64,000 bases of DNA from a virus (IMGVR_UViG_3300008113_000084:25382-89381), one strand, 5' to 3'. Counted from the first letter of the stretch, positions 1 to 9,543 are shown. Notes: generated by a model not told the origin, from the letters alone. Numbers and translations: made by a program.

Positions 1-207
1 CATAAGGTTTTCGACCACAGCTGCCTTTTGCTTATCGTCCACAGCCTTCTCCTTGGGACCTAAGGCAGAACCGAGCTTACGCATATCAATAACAAACGAC
101 TCACCAAGGTGAGCCCTGTCTGGATCGACCACAATCTCGTAAATCTTTTTGTCTGCAAGAGTTGTTGGTTGAGTCGCGGATGAGACAGAATCGAAGTCAG
201 CGCTCAT
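1..207 (-). CDS. hypothetical protein, partial (runs off window start)
   Basis: Open frame MSADFDSVSS... from ATG at 207, preceded by a GAAAGGAA SD-like sequence; no stop before base 1. Confidence 0.6.
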   Translation of the reverse strand, partial: MSADFDSVSSATQPTTLADKKIYEIVVDPDRAHLGESFVIDMRKLGSALGPKEKAVDDKQKAAVVENLM

Positions 208-280
208 CACTGTTCCTTTCTATGGTATGCCCTGAACTAATATAACCGTTTTATTGTAAACGGAAACCTGTGTTTCTCTG

Positions 281-327
281 ATAGCTAAAAAAAAGCCCCA
301 CAGACTAGCCCGAAGGCTATCTGTGGG
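281..327 (-). terminator. intrinsic terminator with UUCG loop, followed by T-tract and TTAGCTAT
   Basis: Hairpin CCCACAGA..TAGCC-TTCG-GGCTA..TCTGTGGG then a T run, directly after the stop of ORF 334..1185. Confidence 0.85.
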
Positions 328-333
328 ACTGTG

Positions 334-1185
334 TCACGCTGTAACGGAATCCCCAAAGCTGAGGACTCCATAAGGCGTGATGGCATCTAGGCCCGCCGTC
401 AGGACAGGCTTGCGCTGGGGACGAGCGCAAGCCTTGACCTCCAGGACGTAGCCGCCATGGTTGGGGCTCATCCTGAAGTCTTCTGGGATGAGTTGCAGGG
501 GAACTTCCCCCGCACTCATCAAGCCGTCGATGTAATCCTCGACGAGCCTCTCGGCCTGGGACGAGGCCATGAGTTGCTCCCAGGTGTAGCTCACCTTGGG
601 CAGCAGATCGGCGACGACGGTGCCTTGCTGCACCACGACGCCGATCTTCAGCCAGGGCTTGAGCCTGGCTGTGGGAGGGAGGGACATGACCGGACCCTCC
701 CTGAAGCCGACAAGGGTCTCAACCTCGTCGGCTATGATTTCCTCGACCTGCCCCGTCAGGGGGGCCTTGGAGCTCGGGGCCGGTACCCCGAAGTTGACTC
801 GGCTCAGGATAAAGTCCTGAACCGCTGGATCGTCGAACTCCACGTGGAGTTCGGGTGTGACCCGTGCCACCAGCTGTGGCATCGGGGCTGGGTAGGCCTT
901 GTCGGCAGACCTACCCACTTCGCCCATGAGGGCGACAAGACGGGCCGTGCGCCCGTCCTCGGCCCTGCCGCCGAGGCGGGAGGGCCTTTGCCAGCTGCTG
1001 GACGGGCAGCGCAGAACGCGCTTCGTCCACAGCTGGCCCGTGCGCTGGGAGTGGTGGATTTTGTAACCCTCAACCACCCCAGCGTGGTCGAGGGTCATCA
1101 TCATCCCCTCGTCGAGGGGAAAGGTCCCTTCATCGAAGGGACGGGCGTGGGTCGGCACCCACGCCATGACTTTGGGAGCGCTCAT
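334..1185 (-). CDS. hypothetical protein (GC-rich cassette gene)
   Basis: 283-aa ORF between a promoter motif and a terminator; GGAGG upstream; no recognisable motifs. Confidence 0.7.
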   Translation of the reverse strand: MSAPKVMAWVPTHARPFDEGTFPLDEGMMMTLDHAGVVEGYKIHHSQRTGQLWTKRVLRCPSSSWQRPSRLGGRAEDGRTARLVALMGEVGRSADKAYPAPMPQLVARVTPELHVEFDDPAVQDFILSRVNFGVPAPSSKAPLTGQVEEIIADEVETLVGFREGPVMSLPPTARLKPWLKIGVVVQQGTVVADLLPKVSYTWEQLMASSQAERLVEDYIDGLMSAGEVPLQLIPEDFRMSPNHGGYVLEVKACARPQRKPVLTAGLDAITPYGVLSFGDSVTA

Positions 1186-1186
1186 G

Positions 1187-1288
1187 TTAGCGCCCTCCCA
1201 GCGACTGGATAATCATCCAGACGCAGAAGAAGACCACAAACCCCCACATGGGGACTACGATCTTCCCTTCAACTTCTTTCTCTTGCAT
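1187..1288 (-). CDS. 33-aa single-TM peptide (not in ORF track)
   Basis: MQEKEVEGKIVVPMWGFVVFFCVWMIIQSLGGR*; AGGAG SD; stop 1 nt before the next ATG. Confidence 0.6.
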   Translation of the reverse strand: MQEKEVEGKIVVPMWGFVVFFCVWMIIQSLGGR

Positions 1289-1340
1289 TCGCTCTCCTAG
1301 CTAAAGAGAAATGCCCAGAGCGATAGCTGCTGGGCATTTG

Positions 1341-1369
1341 ATTATGACGTGTTTGTAGGGCTGTATTTA
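1341..1369 (-). promoter_or_regulatory. putative phage promoter TAAAT-N16-GTCATAAT
   Basis: Motif recurs at 60469-60496 and 60940-60967, each time heading a terminator-bounded unit. Confidence 0.6.
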
Positions 1370-1690
1370 GCTGATGAGTCCTGACTCGTTTATCTGGTCC
1401 TCTGGCTCCTCGTCAAACAGCGGTACGCGTACCTTGTTGTCGTACGACACAAGATACGGACTGTGGCCAGAGGTGGTGTGCCAGCGCTTGCCTTCAAAGA
1501 TGTAAGCGTTAAACCTCTTGTGGGACTGCTTGTACTCTTTGATACAGTTAGCCACTTCCTCAGCAGAGCTGAAGGTCAGAAGCTGCGGAGCGTCGAACTC
1601 AGACACCAGAACGATATGCAGCTCAAGAGGCTGCGGCTGTTCCGTCTGTGAAGTCTGCTCCGAGTTCTCTGTACTCTGGGAAGGTTCCAT
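1367..1690 (-). CDS. hypothetical protein
   Basis: ORF 1367..1777; start probably at MEPSQ. Confidence 0.6.
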   Translation of the reverse strand: MEPSQSTENSEQTSQTEQPQPLELHIVLVSEFDAPQLLTFSSAEEVANCIKEYKQSHKRFNAYIFEGKRWHTTSGHSPYLVSYDNKVRVPLFDEEPEDQINESGLIS

Positions 1691-1943
1691 CGGCTGTGTC
1701 CTCAACAGGCATATAGATAACGACAATAGACAGAATGATAACTTTTCGAGTGTACGTATTGTCAAGCCATTCGGCATGCATGGCTGGCGCAGATACGTTC
1801 ACTATTCGGCTATGAGTACTGTCTACCCAGTCGCTCACCTGCTTGTCGATATCGTCGGTCTTGTTAAGCAGGGACCAGAAGTCCTGCCCTGGACTTCTCT
1901 CCAAAACAAACTGCGACGAGAATGTTTTAGTCTTATGGTACAT
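1623..1943 (-). CDS. hypothetical protein
   Basis: 106-aa ORF overlapping its neighbours in operon fashion. Confidence 0.6.
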   Translation of the reverse strand: MYHKTKTFSSQFVLERSPGQDFWSLLNKTDDIDKQVSDWVDSTHSRIVNVSAPAMHAEWLDNTYTRKVIILSIVVIYMPVEDTADGTFPEYRELGADFTDGTAAAS

Positions 1944-2622
1944 GGTTGTTTATAGCCTCTTGCAAAGCCAGGGTCTCAGGTTCAGGGTCATCATAAACAA
2001 TATACGGCTTTAAACCAGACTTCATGTAAGCCAGACGGTCTGGTCCAGACACGCCCATAACGTAGATTTTGGCGGCGGTAGGATAGTTAGGAAAAGAGAC
2101 GCTGGAATAACGCGCGTCACCGCTCAAGCCCCTATCTGCTTTTTCGCACAGGTCGCCCCAGTCAGATAAAGGAACTGTGATCTTTTCCGTGGAGCCGTTC
2201 CACAGGTAGGGGTCTGGCAGATAGACGTTCTGCACAAAGCAGGAATAAACTTTTTTGTCCAAAGCCTTGAAAAGAATGCTGTTCAAAGCCGTGCGCAAAG
2301 CAGGCCACAGCTCTTTTTTGCAGCCAAATATAACGCTGTTCCAAAACGGGTTGACCAGGTTCCTGAACAGAGGCCTGTCATAGCTAAGAAAAAACACGGA
2401 ATCGCTCTGACCAGACCGGTATACGAACTCCTGTACGGGGTCCGTATCCAGTCTGATCTCGGTGAAGAGGATTCCGTGGTTGAAGAAAACAAAGTCTGAC
2501 TGCATGTCAGACAACTTCAGGGAGATACCAGCCCGATCTATAGCTGGAAGGTTGGAAAGCTCCTGGGCCGACAAGGAGTCGGCTATGCAGATTCCCTCAG
2601 GCTCAGGAAGCTTTCCGTCCAT
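1933..2622 (-). CDS. hypothetical protein
   Basis: 229-aa ORF in a tight operon. Confidence 0.7.
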   Translation of the reverse strand: MDGKLPEPEGICIADSLSAQELSNLPAIDRAGISLKLSDMQSDFVFFNHGILFTEIRLDTDPVQEFVYRSGQSDSVFFLSYDRPLFRNLVNPFWNSVIFGCKKELWPALRTALNSILFKALDKKVYSCFVQNVYLPDPYLWNGSTEKITVPLSDWGDLCEKADRGLSGDARYSSVSFPNYPTAAKIYVMGVSGPDRLAYMKSGLKPYIVYDDPEPETLALQEAINNHVP

Positions 2623-2624
2623 GC

Positions 2625-3245
2625 TTAGCCGTTGCTGCCGAAGTTTTTAACGATCTCTTCGTTAAGACCGATGGCTTTGTAAAGCTCATGCTGCTTTTCA
2701 GCCTGAGTTTTGACGTTGGCCAAATCGTCTATGGTTAGGCTTACGCCATAATATTTGAAGAGACCAAACACGCCAATCCTGGACTGCTCCTCAACAGTAT
2801 TGAGAAACAGTTTGGGAAGGTCGTAAACGCAGTTGCGCACGCGGCTGTCGTGCAGAAGCCACAGAAGAGCAAAGGGGTTTGGCTTGATTCGCAGCGACTC
2901 AAAGCAAGCAATTCGCATGAAGTTGCTGCTGTTCATCAAGAAAACTTTTGCGTCGCCGTTGAAGTGCGCGTGCGCAAAGGTGGTGAAGTCGGTTACTGCG
3001 GTGGGACCGTTCCACCAGCGAGACTCCTTGACCACGCCGTCCTTGTCCACCTGCATGAGATAAATCTCCTTCACCTGAGCGGTGAAGGGTTTGGAGGAGG
3101 CAGTTGATAGCTGCTCAGCCACAGCCTTCTCTACATACTCGTCGATCTTGGCCTGGTCTTTGTAATTCCTGGGGGCTTTGACCTCAGACAAGTAGTCGCT
3201 GGCATTTTCGGCAGTAGCTGTTGTGTGACCGATGAAGTAAGTCAT
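2625..3245 (-). CDS. degenerate PolB-type 3'-5' exonuclease-like protein
   Basis: APRNYKDQAKIDEYV resembles the phage stand-alone PolB-exo family; the ExoI DIET motif is replaced by GHTT. Confidence 0.45.
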   Translation of the reverse strand: MTYFIGHTTATAENASDYLSEVKAPRNYKDQAKIDEYVEKAVAEQLSTASSKPFTAQVKEIYLMQVDKDGVVKESRWWNGPTAVTDFTTFAHAHFNGDAKVFLMNSSNFMRIACFESLRIKPNPFALLWLLHDSRVRNCVYDLPKLFLNTVEEQSRIGVFGLFKYYGVSLTIDDLANVKTQAEKQHELYKAIGLNEEIVKNFGSNG

Positions 3246-3904
3246 GTCGTCGTTTCGTCCACTTCTTGTGAGATTGTGTCAAAAGTCAATCCGTTGGCGT
3301 AATGCTCCATGGTGAGCAAACACACAAAGGCGCTGTCCGCAGCGTTGTCAAATCCAGCAGTCTCGTAGTTCTCTGGATCAAACTCAGTGCGGAACAGGGT
3401 GTTGCAAGCCTTGATCATGTCAGACTTGTTGGCATTACCTTTCCCAGTCGCTCGGCGCTTGATGGTACCGATGGGAAAGCTGCCGCAGGGTACGTTGTTC
3501 TCTTCGGCCCACGTGCAGACCGTGGCCTTGAGGGCTCCGAAGAACTCGCAGGACGTGGCGGCTCTGGCCAGAATTGCATGCATGTTGAACTTAGTAAGCT
3601 TCTCGGAAGGCGTGTAACGCACATCTTCAAAAGCCAGCAAGTCTGGTTTCAACGCATGCAGAAACTGCCTAAGCCGAGCGAAACGAATGGCTCCGCTGTC
3701 GTAGGGACCTGCTGACAGGTCCCACTGGCCGATATGCATGTCCAGTTTTTCTGGAACTATCAGCTCGCCTTCGCGAACGTAGCAGTAGCTGTATCCGCAG
3801 TTTGTGCCCAAGTCCAAGCCAAGAACGATATTGGTCTTATCGCTTTTGGTGTTAAGCCCTTCTCTGAAAACCCAAGGATCGCTGGAGATGTTGTACTTGG
3901 GCAC
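3242..3904 (-). CDS. ruvC: RuvC-like Holliday junction resolvase
   Basis: LGLDLGT, LAFEDV, ATGKGNANKSDM and DNAADS motifs. Confidence 0.85.
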   Translation of the reverse strand: MPKYNISSDPWVFREGLNTKSDKTNIVLGLDLGTNCGYSYCYVREGELIVPEKLDMHIGQWDLSAGPYDSGAIRFARLRQFLHALKPDLLAFEDVRYTPSEKLTKFNMHAILARAATSCEFFGALKATVCTWAEENNVPCGSFPIGTIKRRATGKGNANKSDMIKACNTLFRTEFDPENYETAGFDNAADSAFVCLLTMEHYANGLTFDTISQEVDETTT

Positions 3905-3911
3905 GCTCTAC

Positions 3912-4667
3912 CTAGCTTTCTGTTGTAGCCAGCTGCTTATATTCTTGAAGCAGATGATGTGTCAGAACGCAGTCGAAGTCAGCTTCGTGGGCCTTCTCCA
4001 TGCTGAGTCCGTGTTTGTTAGGTAAGTCGTACTTGACCGCGCAATGTCGGTCAAGCGACCCTTTTACTTTATGCCCGCCCAGGTGGTAAGCCCTGCGAGC
4101 AAAGTCCAGCCATGACTCGTTTTGGTCGATGTCTGGAAATATCTGGACGCTTTTCTCGATGGACAGGGTGTCAAAATAGTCGTCAGGCTTGAAGCGAAAC
4201 CGCATCTCGCCTCCCGACATGTCGCTTATAACCCTGTCCAATATGGGCTGGTCATGACGCAAGCCGTTATGGGCTATAAACCCAAAACCGTTTTTGCGAC
4301 ATTCAGAAAACAGCCTATAAAACTCAGAAAGAACTTGCTCTGGGTTCTCGCCCTCGGCCATGCGCTCCATGGATACGCTGTAAACGCTGCCCGTGGCGTA
4401 ACCGTTCTTGAACTCAAACTGACGCTTGGTTGTGGCTATCCTGTTTACCAGCCAGCTGTAGTCTTCGCTGGAACAGTTAGCAGCCCAGTTCATAAACCTG
4501 GCACCTGTGTCCACCAGCTTATTTTTCTCGATGATTGCCCAGCCAAGTTGGGCAGGCAAATCAACGTTGACGTTAAGCCCTGTGGTTTCGATGTCAAATA
4601 CGAGGTAGCTGTCAGGTAACGGCCCGAGACGTGTCTGGGCGTACCTGAGCCATTCTCCAGGTTTCAT
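3912..4667 (-). CDS. DEDDh 3'-5' exonuclease (DnaQ/epsilon-like)
   Basis: VFDIETTG, IAHNG..HD and AHEADFD motifs. Confidence 0.85.
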   Translation of the reverse strand: MKPGEWLRYAQTRLGPLPDSYLVFDIETTGLNVNVDLPAQLGWAIIEKNKLVDTGARFMNWAANCSSEDYSWLVNRIATTKRQFEFKNGYATGSVYSVSMERMAEGENPEQVLSEFYRLFSECRKNGFGFIAHNGLRHDQPILDRVISDMSGGEMRFRFKPDDYFDTLSIEKSVQIFPDIDQNESWLDFARRAYHLGGHKVKGSLDRHCAVKYDLPNKHGLSMEKAHEADFDCVLTHHLLQEYKQLATTES

Positions 4668-4679
4668 TGTTGAAGTCCT

Positions 4680-5177
4680 TTACGCAAAAAGTTTCCACGG
4701 CTTAAGCACGTAGTGGTACCACCTAAGCCTGGACCTTTTGATAAAAGCTTCTTTAGCCTGCTTGCCTATTTCAACGATCTTGGCGTCGTTATAGGGCGGA
4801 TCGTTGGAATCGATGTAAACATCTCTCACAGCATAAAAGAAAGCGCCTGTGGCTACTTGACCCAGCCTGGTCAGAATCACCGCCTGGTGACTGACGGGCA
4901 GGTCAAAAAAGCCACAGGCCGCTAGTGCATCCTCAGGGCGCTTGTATTCCTTGCCGCCCTGAGCCAAACATTCTTTGAAGTAGTTGGCGTAGCGTTGAAT
5001 GAGCTCACCAAGGTCGCGGTCGTTGATGTTGAACTCTTGGATAAGGAATGCCGTAATAGGCTCTCCCTTTTCCTTCTCAAAAGCAACCAGAGCAGCCTGC
5101 ATAAGATTAGGCCAAGCGTAAGCTATGTCTCTGCTCGGGTTGTATCTGCGTGTGTCAACGTGCCCCTTGATGTTCAT
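4680..5177 (-). CDS. hypothetical protein
   Basis: ORF 4680..5270; likely start MNIKGH just downstream of the thyX stop. Confidence 0.65.
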   Translation of the reverse strand: MNIKGHVDTRRYNPSRDIAYAWPNLMQAALVAFEKEKGEPITAFLIQEFNINDRDLGELIQRYANYFKECLAQGGKEYKRPEDALAACGFFDLPVSHQAVILTRLGQVATGAFFYAVRDVYIDSNDPPYNDAKIVEIGKQAKEAFIKRSRLRWYHYVLKPWKLFA

Positions 5178-5190
5178 TACCACGGCAAAC

Positions 5191-5895
5191 CTAGCCTTTC
5201 TCTCCGTCACTATTGTATCCGTGCAGCTCGCGCCACAAAGACATAGTAACAGGGAAATGCTGTTCTGCAAGCTTAAGCATAGCTTTAGCGTACTGCCTTA
5301 TCTCAAACTGGGCGTCTGAGCTAAGTCGTAGGTCTAAGAAATGCATCAGAGAACGCAGGTTGCATGTGGCCCACATTGAGCTGTACATGCCTACTGGCAA
5401 TACAACTCTGGCTAACTCCCTGGCAACACCGTTCTCTATCAGTTTCCTGTAGGCTCCAGCAGAAGCTGAATAAGTGGCCAGAACAGCCAGAGTCAAAGAC
5501 TCATCGACGAACGATTCACCAGAAGCCTGTCGGTTGGACTTAGACTGCCTGCGCATCCGAACGGGCAGGTAGAACTCAAGCTCGATGTCCTTGCCACCCT
5601 CCAAGTAGCGCATCGACCATTCGTTGTAGCTCCAGCCGACCCTGTGACGGTGCCATTCGCGAAACACGAACAGTGGAGCCTTGACCTCGAACACAAGCTG
5701 GTTGTGCTCGAAGGGGGTCTCGTGCTTGTGCTCGATGAGAAAGCGCATCAGCTTCTCATCGCGCTCCGTCATGGCATCTACCTTTTTGGCTCGGCTGACG
5801 CGAGCGGAGTTGACGACATCGATGTCGGCCCCAGATACCCGCTCAAGCCTGACCAGGGATCGCTCGTCATTCAGCGGGTCGATTTCCGTCAGCAT
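5191..5895 (-). CDS. thyX: flavin-dependent thymidylate synthase
   Basis: HETPFEH, RHRVGWSYNEWSMRY (RHRx7S) and ELARVVLP; start trimmed to MLTEID. Confidence 0.95.
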   Translation of the reverse strand: MLTEIDPLNDERSLVRLERVSGADIDVVNSARVSRAKKVDAMTERDEKLMRFLIEHKHETPFEHNQLVFEVKAPLFVFREWHRHRVGWSYNEWSMRYLEGGKDIELEFYLPVRMRRQSKSNRQASGESFVDESLTLAVLATYSASAGAYRKLIENGVARELARVVLPVGMYSSMWATCNLRSLMHFLDLRLSSDAQFEIRQYAKAMLKLAEQHFPVTMSLWRELHGYNSDGEKG

Positions 5896-6784
5896 TCTCG
5901 GTAAAGCTCCTGAAAAGATATGCGCCAGTCGTATCCTCGTGCCGCTGGCAATTGACGCACTTGTCAACGGCATAACCCACGGACAAGGGATCGAACACCG
6001 ATTCCTTGCCGCAGTATTGACAGAAATCGCTCTCAAAGTCTTTGACGTGAACAGAGGCCAGGCAGGATTCCGTGCCGCGCCAGCAGCGAAAGCACGGAAG
6101 CTGCTCGGCTGTCTTGTCCAGCGGGCAGTTGAAGTTCCACTTCTGCATCGAGGTGGTGACGCAGACCTCCTTGAAGCTGGGCTTGTTGTCCCTGGCCAGG
6201 TCGGGCGTGCAGAGAGCGCCAAAGCGCATTCCGAACAGCTCGCGCTCGTCGCGAAACGGCATGTTCTTGAACGGCGGCGTGAACCCCAGGTCAGCGGCCA
6301 TGTAGCGCAGGTGCTTCAGGGACATGAACTTGTCGATGGTGATGCCTGCGGCGTGGCCACATAAAATGAAGCAAGTCAGAATACAGCCACGCTGCCTCTT
6401 GTCTTTGGACTTGGCGTTGCGCAGGTAAGGTCGGCAGTAGGTGACCTGCACGGCGCACCAGCCAGCCTTGCGCACGGAGATGTCCTGCGTGATAATCTCG
6501 CCTCGTCGCAGCATCTCGGTGTTGCCAGCCAACCGCCAGGCCGTCTCGCTGAGAACCTGCTCGGTGAGAGGCCTGCCGAACAGGTGAGCCATAGAGTCCT
6601 GTATCTTGACCATGGATAGGTCTTGCGGTAGCACCTCCAGCGACCGCTTCATCAAAGACTTGAGCTGATCCTTGTCGAGGGTCAGACCGACGTAATCCCG
6701 AAAAGTCTGTTTTAGCTTGGTGACACGAGTCTTAGTCTCCGATATATCAAAATACTTTTTTATTTCAGTAGTTTGATCTTCCAT
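5867..6784 (-). CDS. hypothetical protein with C-terminal Cys/Zn-binding motifs
   Basis: CFRC, CQYC and CVNC motifs. Confidence 0.7.
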   Translation of the reverse strand: MEDQTTEIKKYFDISETKTRVTKLKQTFRDYVGLTLDKDQLKSLMKRSLEVLPQDLSMVKIQDSMAHLFGRPLTEQVLSETAWRLAGNTEMLRRGEIITQDISVRKAGWCAVQVTYCRPYLRNAKSKDKRQRGCILTCFILCGHAAGITIDKFMSLKHLRYMAADLGFTPPFKNMPFRDERELFGMRFGALCTPDLARDNKPSFKEVCVTTSMQKWNFNCPLDKTAEQLPCFRCWRGTESCLASVHVKDFESDFCQYCGKESVFDPLSVGYAVDKCVNCQRHEDTTGAYLFRSFTENADGNRPAE

Positions 6785-6786
6785 GG

Positions 6787-7485
6787 TTACAACCTACCTA
6801 TCGGTTTGGCTGTCTTGCTGGCTCCCCTGCGCTCGGCAGCGGACTCTTTGCCTTCAGAGTTGGCATTGATCGCAACGCCTTCCCTGAAATGCTTGAGGCG
6901 CAAGCCGTGTTGATGCAGCAGAACGCCCAGAGCCACATCTCCACCGCAGTGCTGTAGCTCTGGTATGGGCCAGCCAAATGTGTTCAGGACCTGTGTCTTT
7001 ATACACCACCAGCCGCCTGTAGCGAACTGCGGCCTGTCTGGAATAGTTTTGCCTGTGTACCAAGGCTGTTTTACACACCACTGCTTCTGCGACGGCGTGT
7101 AACCTATCGTGTAAACAGAACCCAGCATATCGCATGAAGACATGGCTTTTTCTACAGAGTCAAGCCAGTCAGAAAGGTTGTCAGCCTTGACGTATGAGTC
7201 ATCGTCGAACCACATAACGTAGTCCGTGCTGACAGGTTTGTCGTAGAAAAGCCTGCGCATCATTGGATACTTGAGTATCTGAGGATCGGCTGAGATAATC
7301 TCGGCTTCAGACGGGGCGCTATCCGCCACGTAGTCGCGAGTCTCCTGAGAAACCTCGTTCATGCCTATGCGCAGGTCCACCCGACCGGACCCGCAGAGCT
7401 CGAAAACAGGCTCGAGACATCTGCGGGCCAGGTCTGGGTAGTTTCCGTAGAGAAGCACACAGACAGTGAATTTTCTGTCTGACAT
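6787..7485 (-). CDS. GT-A fold (GT2-like) glycosyltransferase
   Basis: YVMWFDDDSYV DxD motif and GGD motif; paralogous to the C-terminal domain of 61762..63780. Confidence 0.75.
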   Translation of the reverse strand: MSDRKFTVCVLLYGNYPDLARRCLEPVFELCGSGRVDLRIGMNEVSQETRDYVADSAPSEAEIISADPQILKYPMMRRLFYDKPVSTDYVMWFDDDSYVKADNLSDWLDSVEKAMSSCDMLGSVYTIGYTPSQKQWCVKQPWYTGKTIPDRPQFATGGWWCIKTQVLNTFGWPIPELQHCGGDVALGVLLHQHGLRLKHFREGVAINANSEGKESAAERRGASKTAKPIGRL

Positions 7486-7493
7486 AGCTTCTC

Positions 7494-8405
7494 CTACTTG
7501 GCGCGCTTCTCGGAAGTCAGGCGGTTTTGTATCGCCTGGACCTGGTCCAGGTACTCACCCACCTGCCCCTTCAAGGACTCCAGCACCTCGACAGAAGACT
7601 CGAAACCCTTGAAGACTTCCTTCTCGCAGCTGCTACCGTGAATCTCAGCTGTGGCGATGGTGAGGTCACCTACAAGCTCGACCAGCTTATCGCCAAACTT
7701 GGCGGCAGCTGTCACCAGCTTGCGCAGCACCACCTTGGGTCCGTCAGTGGACACCCAATCGTCGCCGCCGTCGGTGGCGTGCTCCTCGGGCAGCTCCTCA
7801 GACTCCTCCTCGGAATAGTCCTCGTTGGTTTCGTGCGCTGGCTGGGACATCTCGACGGGACCGGTGGCAGTCGGAAGTGCGGCATCGGCCCCGTCGGAAA
7901 ACTCAGGCAGAACCTCGTCATCATCGACGGTGATGCGCTTGCTCTTCAGCAGGTCGTGCAGGGCGCGAACAGACAGCTTGTTCTCCAGCGCCTGGCCGAT
8001 CAGCTCCTCACGCAACGCCTCGTCGTTGACATGGACGAGGCAGTTGAAGTGAGACCAGGACAGGTCGAAGTTGCTGTTGTCAAAACTGTCCAACAGGTCC
8101 TGGAACTTGTCATTGTCCTGGTAGATTTCATAGAACGTGGCCAGCTTGTAGGCGTATGATCGGCTCACTCCCAGGCTGTCGGCCAGAATCTCGACAGGAT
8201 TTTGGCCGTAGTCCACGGCTGTCTTACCGTCAAGACTTCGGCCGTTCTTGACGCGATTGATGACCTTGCCACGGTCACGGTGAAAGCGAAGGTTGCGACG
8301 CAACATGATGCTGCGCTCAGCCAGCTCCTGCTCGTAAACCTTGAAAAGGTTCTCGTTCATCGCAACGGGCTTGGTTTCTTTGACGACTACTGCGGTATCA
8401 CTCAT
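7494..8405 (-). CDS. DUF1016/YhcG N-terminal-like HTH protein with acidic linker
   Basis: LADSLGVSRSYAYKL HTH followed by LSWSHFNCLVHV..LSVRAL, the DUF1016-N signature. Confidence 0.55.
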   Translation of the reverse strand: MSDTAVVVKETKPVAMNENLFKVYEQELAERSIMLRRNLRFHRDRGKVINRVKNGRSLDGKTAVDYGQNPVEILADSLGVSRSYAYKLATFYEIYQDNDKFQDLLDSFDNSNFDLSWSHFNCLVHVNDEALREELIGQALENKLSVRALHDLLKSKRITVDDDEVLPEFSDGADAALPTATGPVEMSQPAHETNEDYSEEESEELPEEHATDGGDDWVSTDGPKVVLRKLVTAAAKFGDKLVELVGDLTIATAEIHGSSCEKEVFKGFESSVEVLESLKGQVGEYLDQVQAIQNRLTSEKRAK

Positions 8406-9540
8406 GATGGAGCTTCAACTTTCCTGACAACAACTTGAATGCAACCTGCTCTATGTTGTCTTGAGCAGGTCTATCGTAAATAGGGTTGGCGCTTTCCGCT
8501 AGTAGAGCTACGAACAGGTCCAAGTGATTTTTCTTGGGCCAACTTTCGTAGCTACTGCTAGCTAGACTTGATATCGAATGCTTGGACGCGCCAGACATAA
8601 GCAAGGAAGTGATGACCTTGTCAGCCACTTTCGGTTTAAGTTTGGCACGGCACAGTTTCTTTACAAGTTTTGACTTTGTCAACTTGTCTTTTTTAAACTC
8701 ACCGACAAAGCCCAGTCTTAAGGCCTGCATGCTCTCAAGAAGCGTGACGACCCTATAGCCTTCAAACTGTTTCATGCTGTTACAGCAGGCCGTAAACATC
8801 GCATTCATTCTAAGGCCAAAGTCGTCTATACCCTTCTCGAATCGAATGGGTGGACCTAAGGCTGAACCCAACGAGTCAAAGCTTATGCAGATTTGAAATG
8901 AAATATGCTTGGCCGCATATTCACTGTGCGTAAACACAAACCCAGTCTTAAAACCCAATCTGTCCAAGCTGTAAAACTTGTTTGAGTTTGTAGGCATTAC
9001 CTGAACAAACAGCTTTCTGCCTGACAACTTTGCCTGCGACGCCTCTAGTAAGGTATCGCATCGTTTATTCTCCTTTAGCATTTTGGCTAGCGAGGAGTAT
9101 GCGTCACAAAGAGGTATACGACTATGCTGTTGAGATAACAAAGTCTCAATAACATTTGTCCTTATATTCTTTATGACTTGCTTGCGTTCTAATCCCTGGC
9201 TGAAGCGCCTATTAGCGACCATGTTGTAAACAGACACGGCATCGATGTTGGAGTAAATAATCTTGTCAGACTTTTTACTGAAACTCCTGCCGCACAGATC
9301 AGCCACAACCTTGTAGAACCCAGATGACATGGCGTTGCAGAATTGCCGTAGCGCCAACCAGGTCAGCCTGGAGACGCCGCTTATAGTCGTGAAGTTGTTG
9401 CTCAGCAAAACTTGCTGAGTTGTATCCAGAACAAAAACAGACGTGTTTTTCTCCAAATCGTTCAAAACGTCCATCAAGCTGTTTAGCTTGGCTTTGTCAA
9501 AAACGGCTTCTGGAAGCTCTACGGCAATCTGCTTGTCCAT
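8398..9540 (-). CDS. hypothetical protein
   Basis: 380-aa basic ORF in the operon. Confidence 0.7.
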   Translation of the reverse strand: MDKQIAVELPEAVFDKAKLNSLMDVLNDLEKNTSVFVLDTTQQVLLSNNFTTISGVSRLTWLALRQFCNAMSSGFYKVVADLCGRSFSKKSDKIIYSNIDAVSVYNMVANRRFSQGLERKQVIKNIRTNVIETLLSQQHSRIPLCDAYSSLAKMLKENKRCDTLLEASQAKLSGRKLFVQVMPTNSNKFYSLDRLGFKTGFVFTHSEYAAKHISFQICISFDSLGSALGPPIRFEKGIDDFGLRMNAMFTACCNSMKQFEGYRVVTLLESMQALRLGFVGEFKKDKLTKSKLVKKLCRAKLKPKVADKVITSLLMSGASKHSISSLASSSYESWPKKNHLDLFVALLAESANPIYDRPAQDNIEQVAFKLLSGKLKLHHE

Positions 9541-9543
9541 CGG

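Noticed and set aside
2377-2397. Extra TTAGCTAT motif copies (also near 62669 on the + strand)
   Set aside because: Inside coding sequence with no adjacent terminator hairpin; likely chance
5896-6222. N-terminal extension of ThyX in the ORF track
   Set aside because: It overlaps the upstream gene in another frame; ThyX similarity starts near MLTEID
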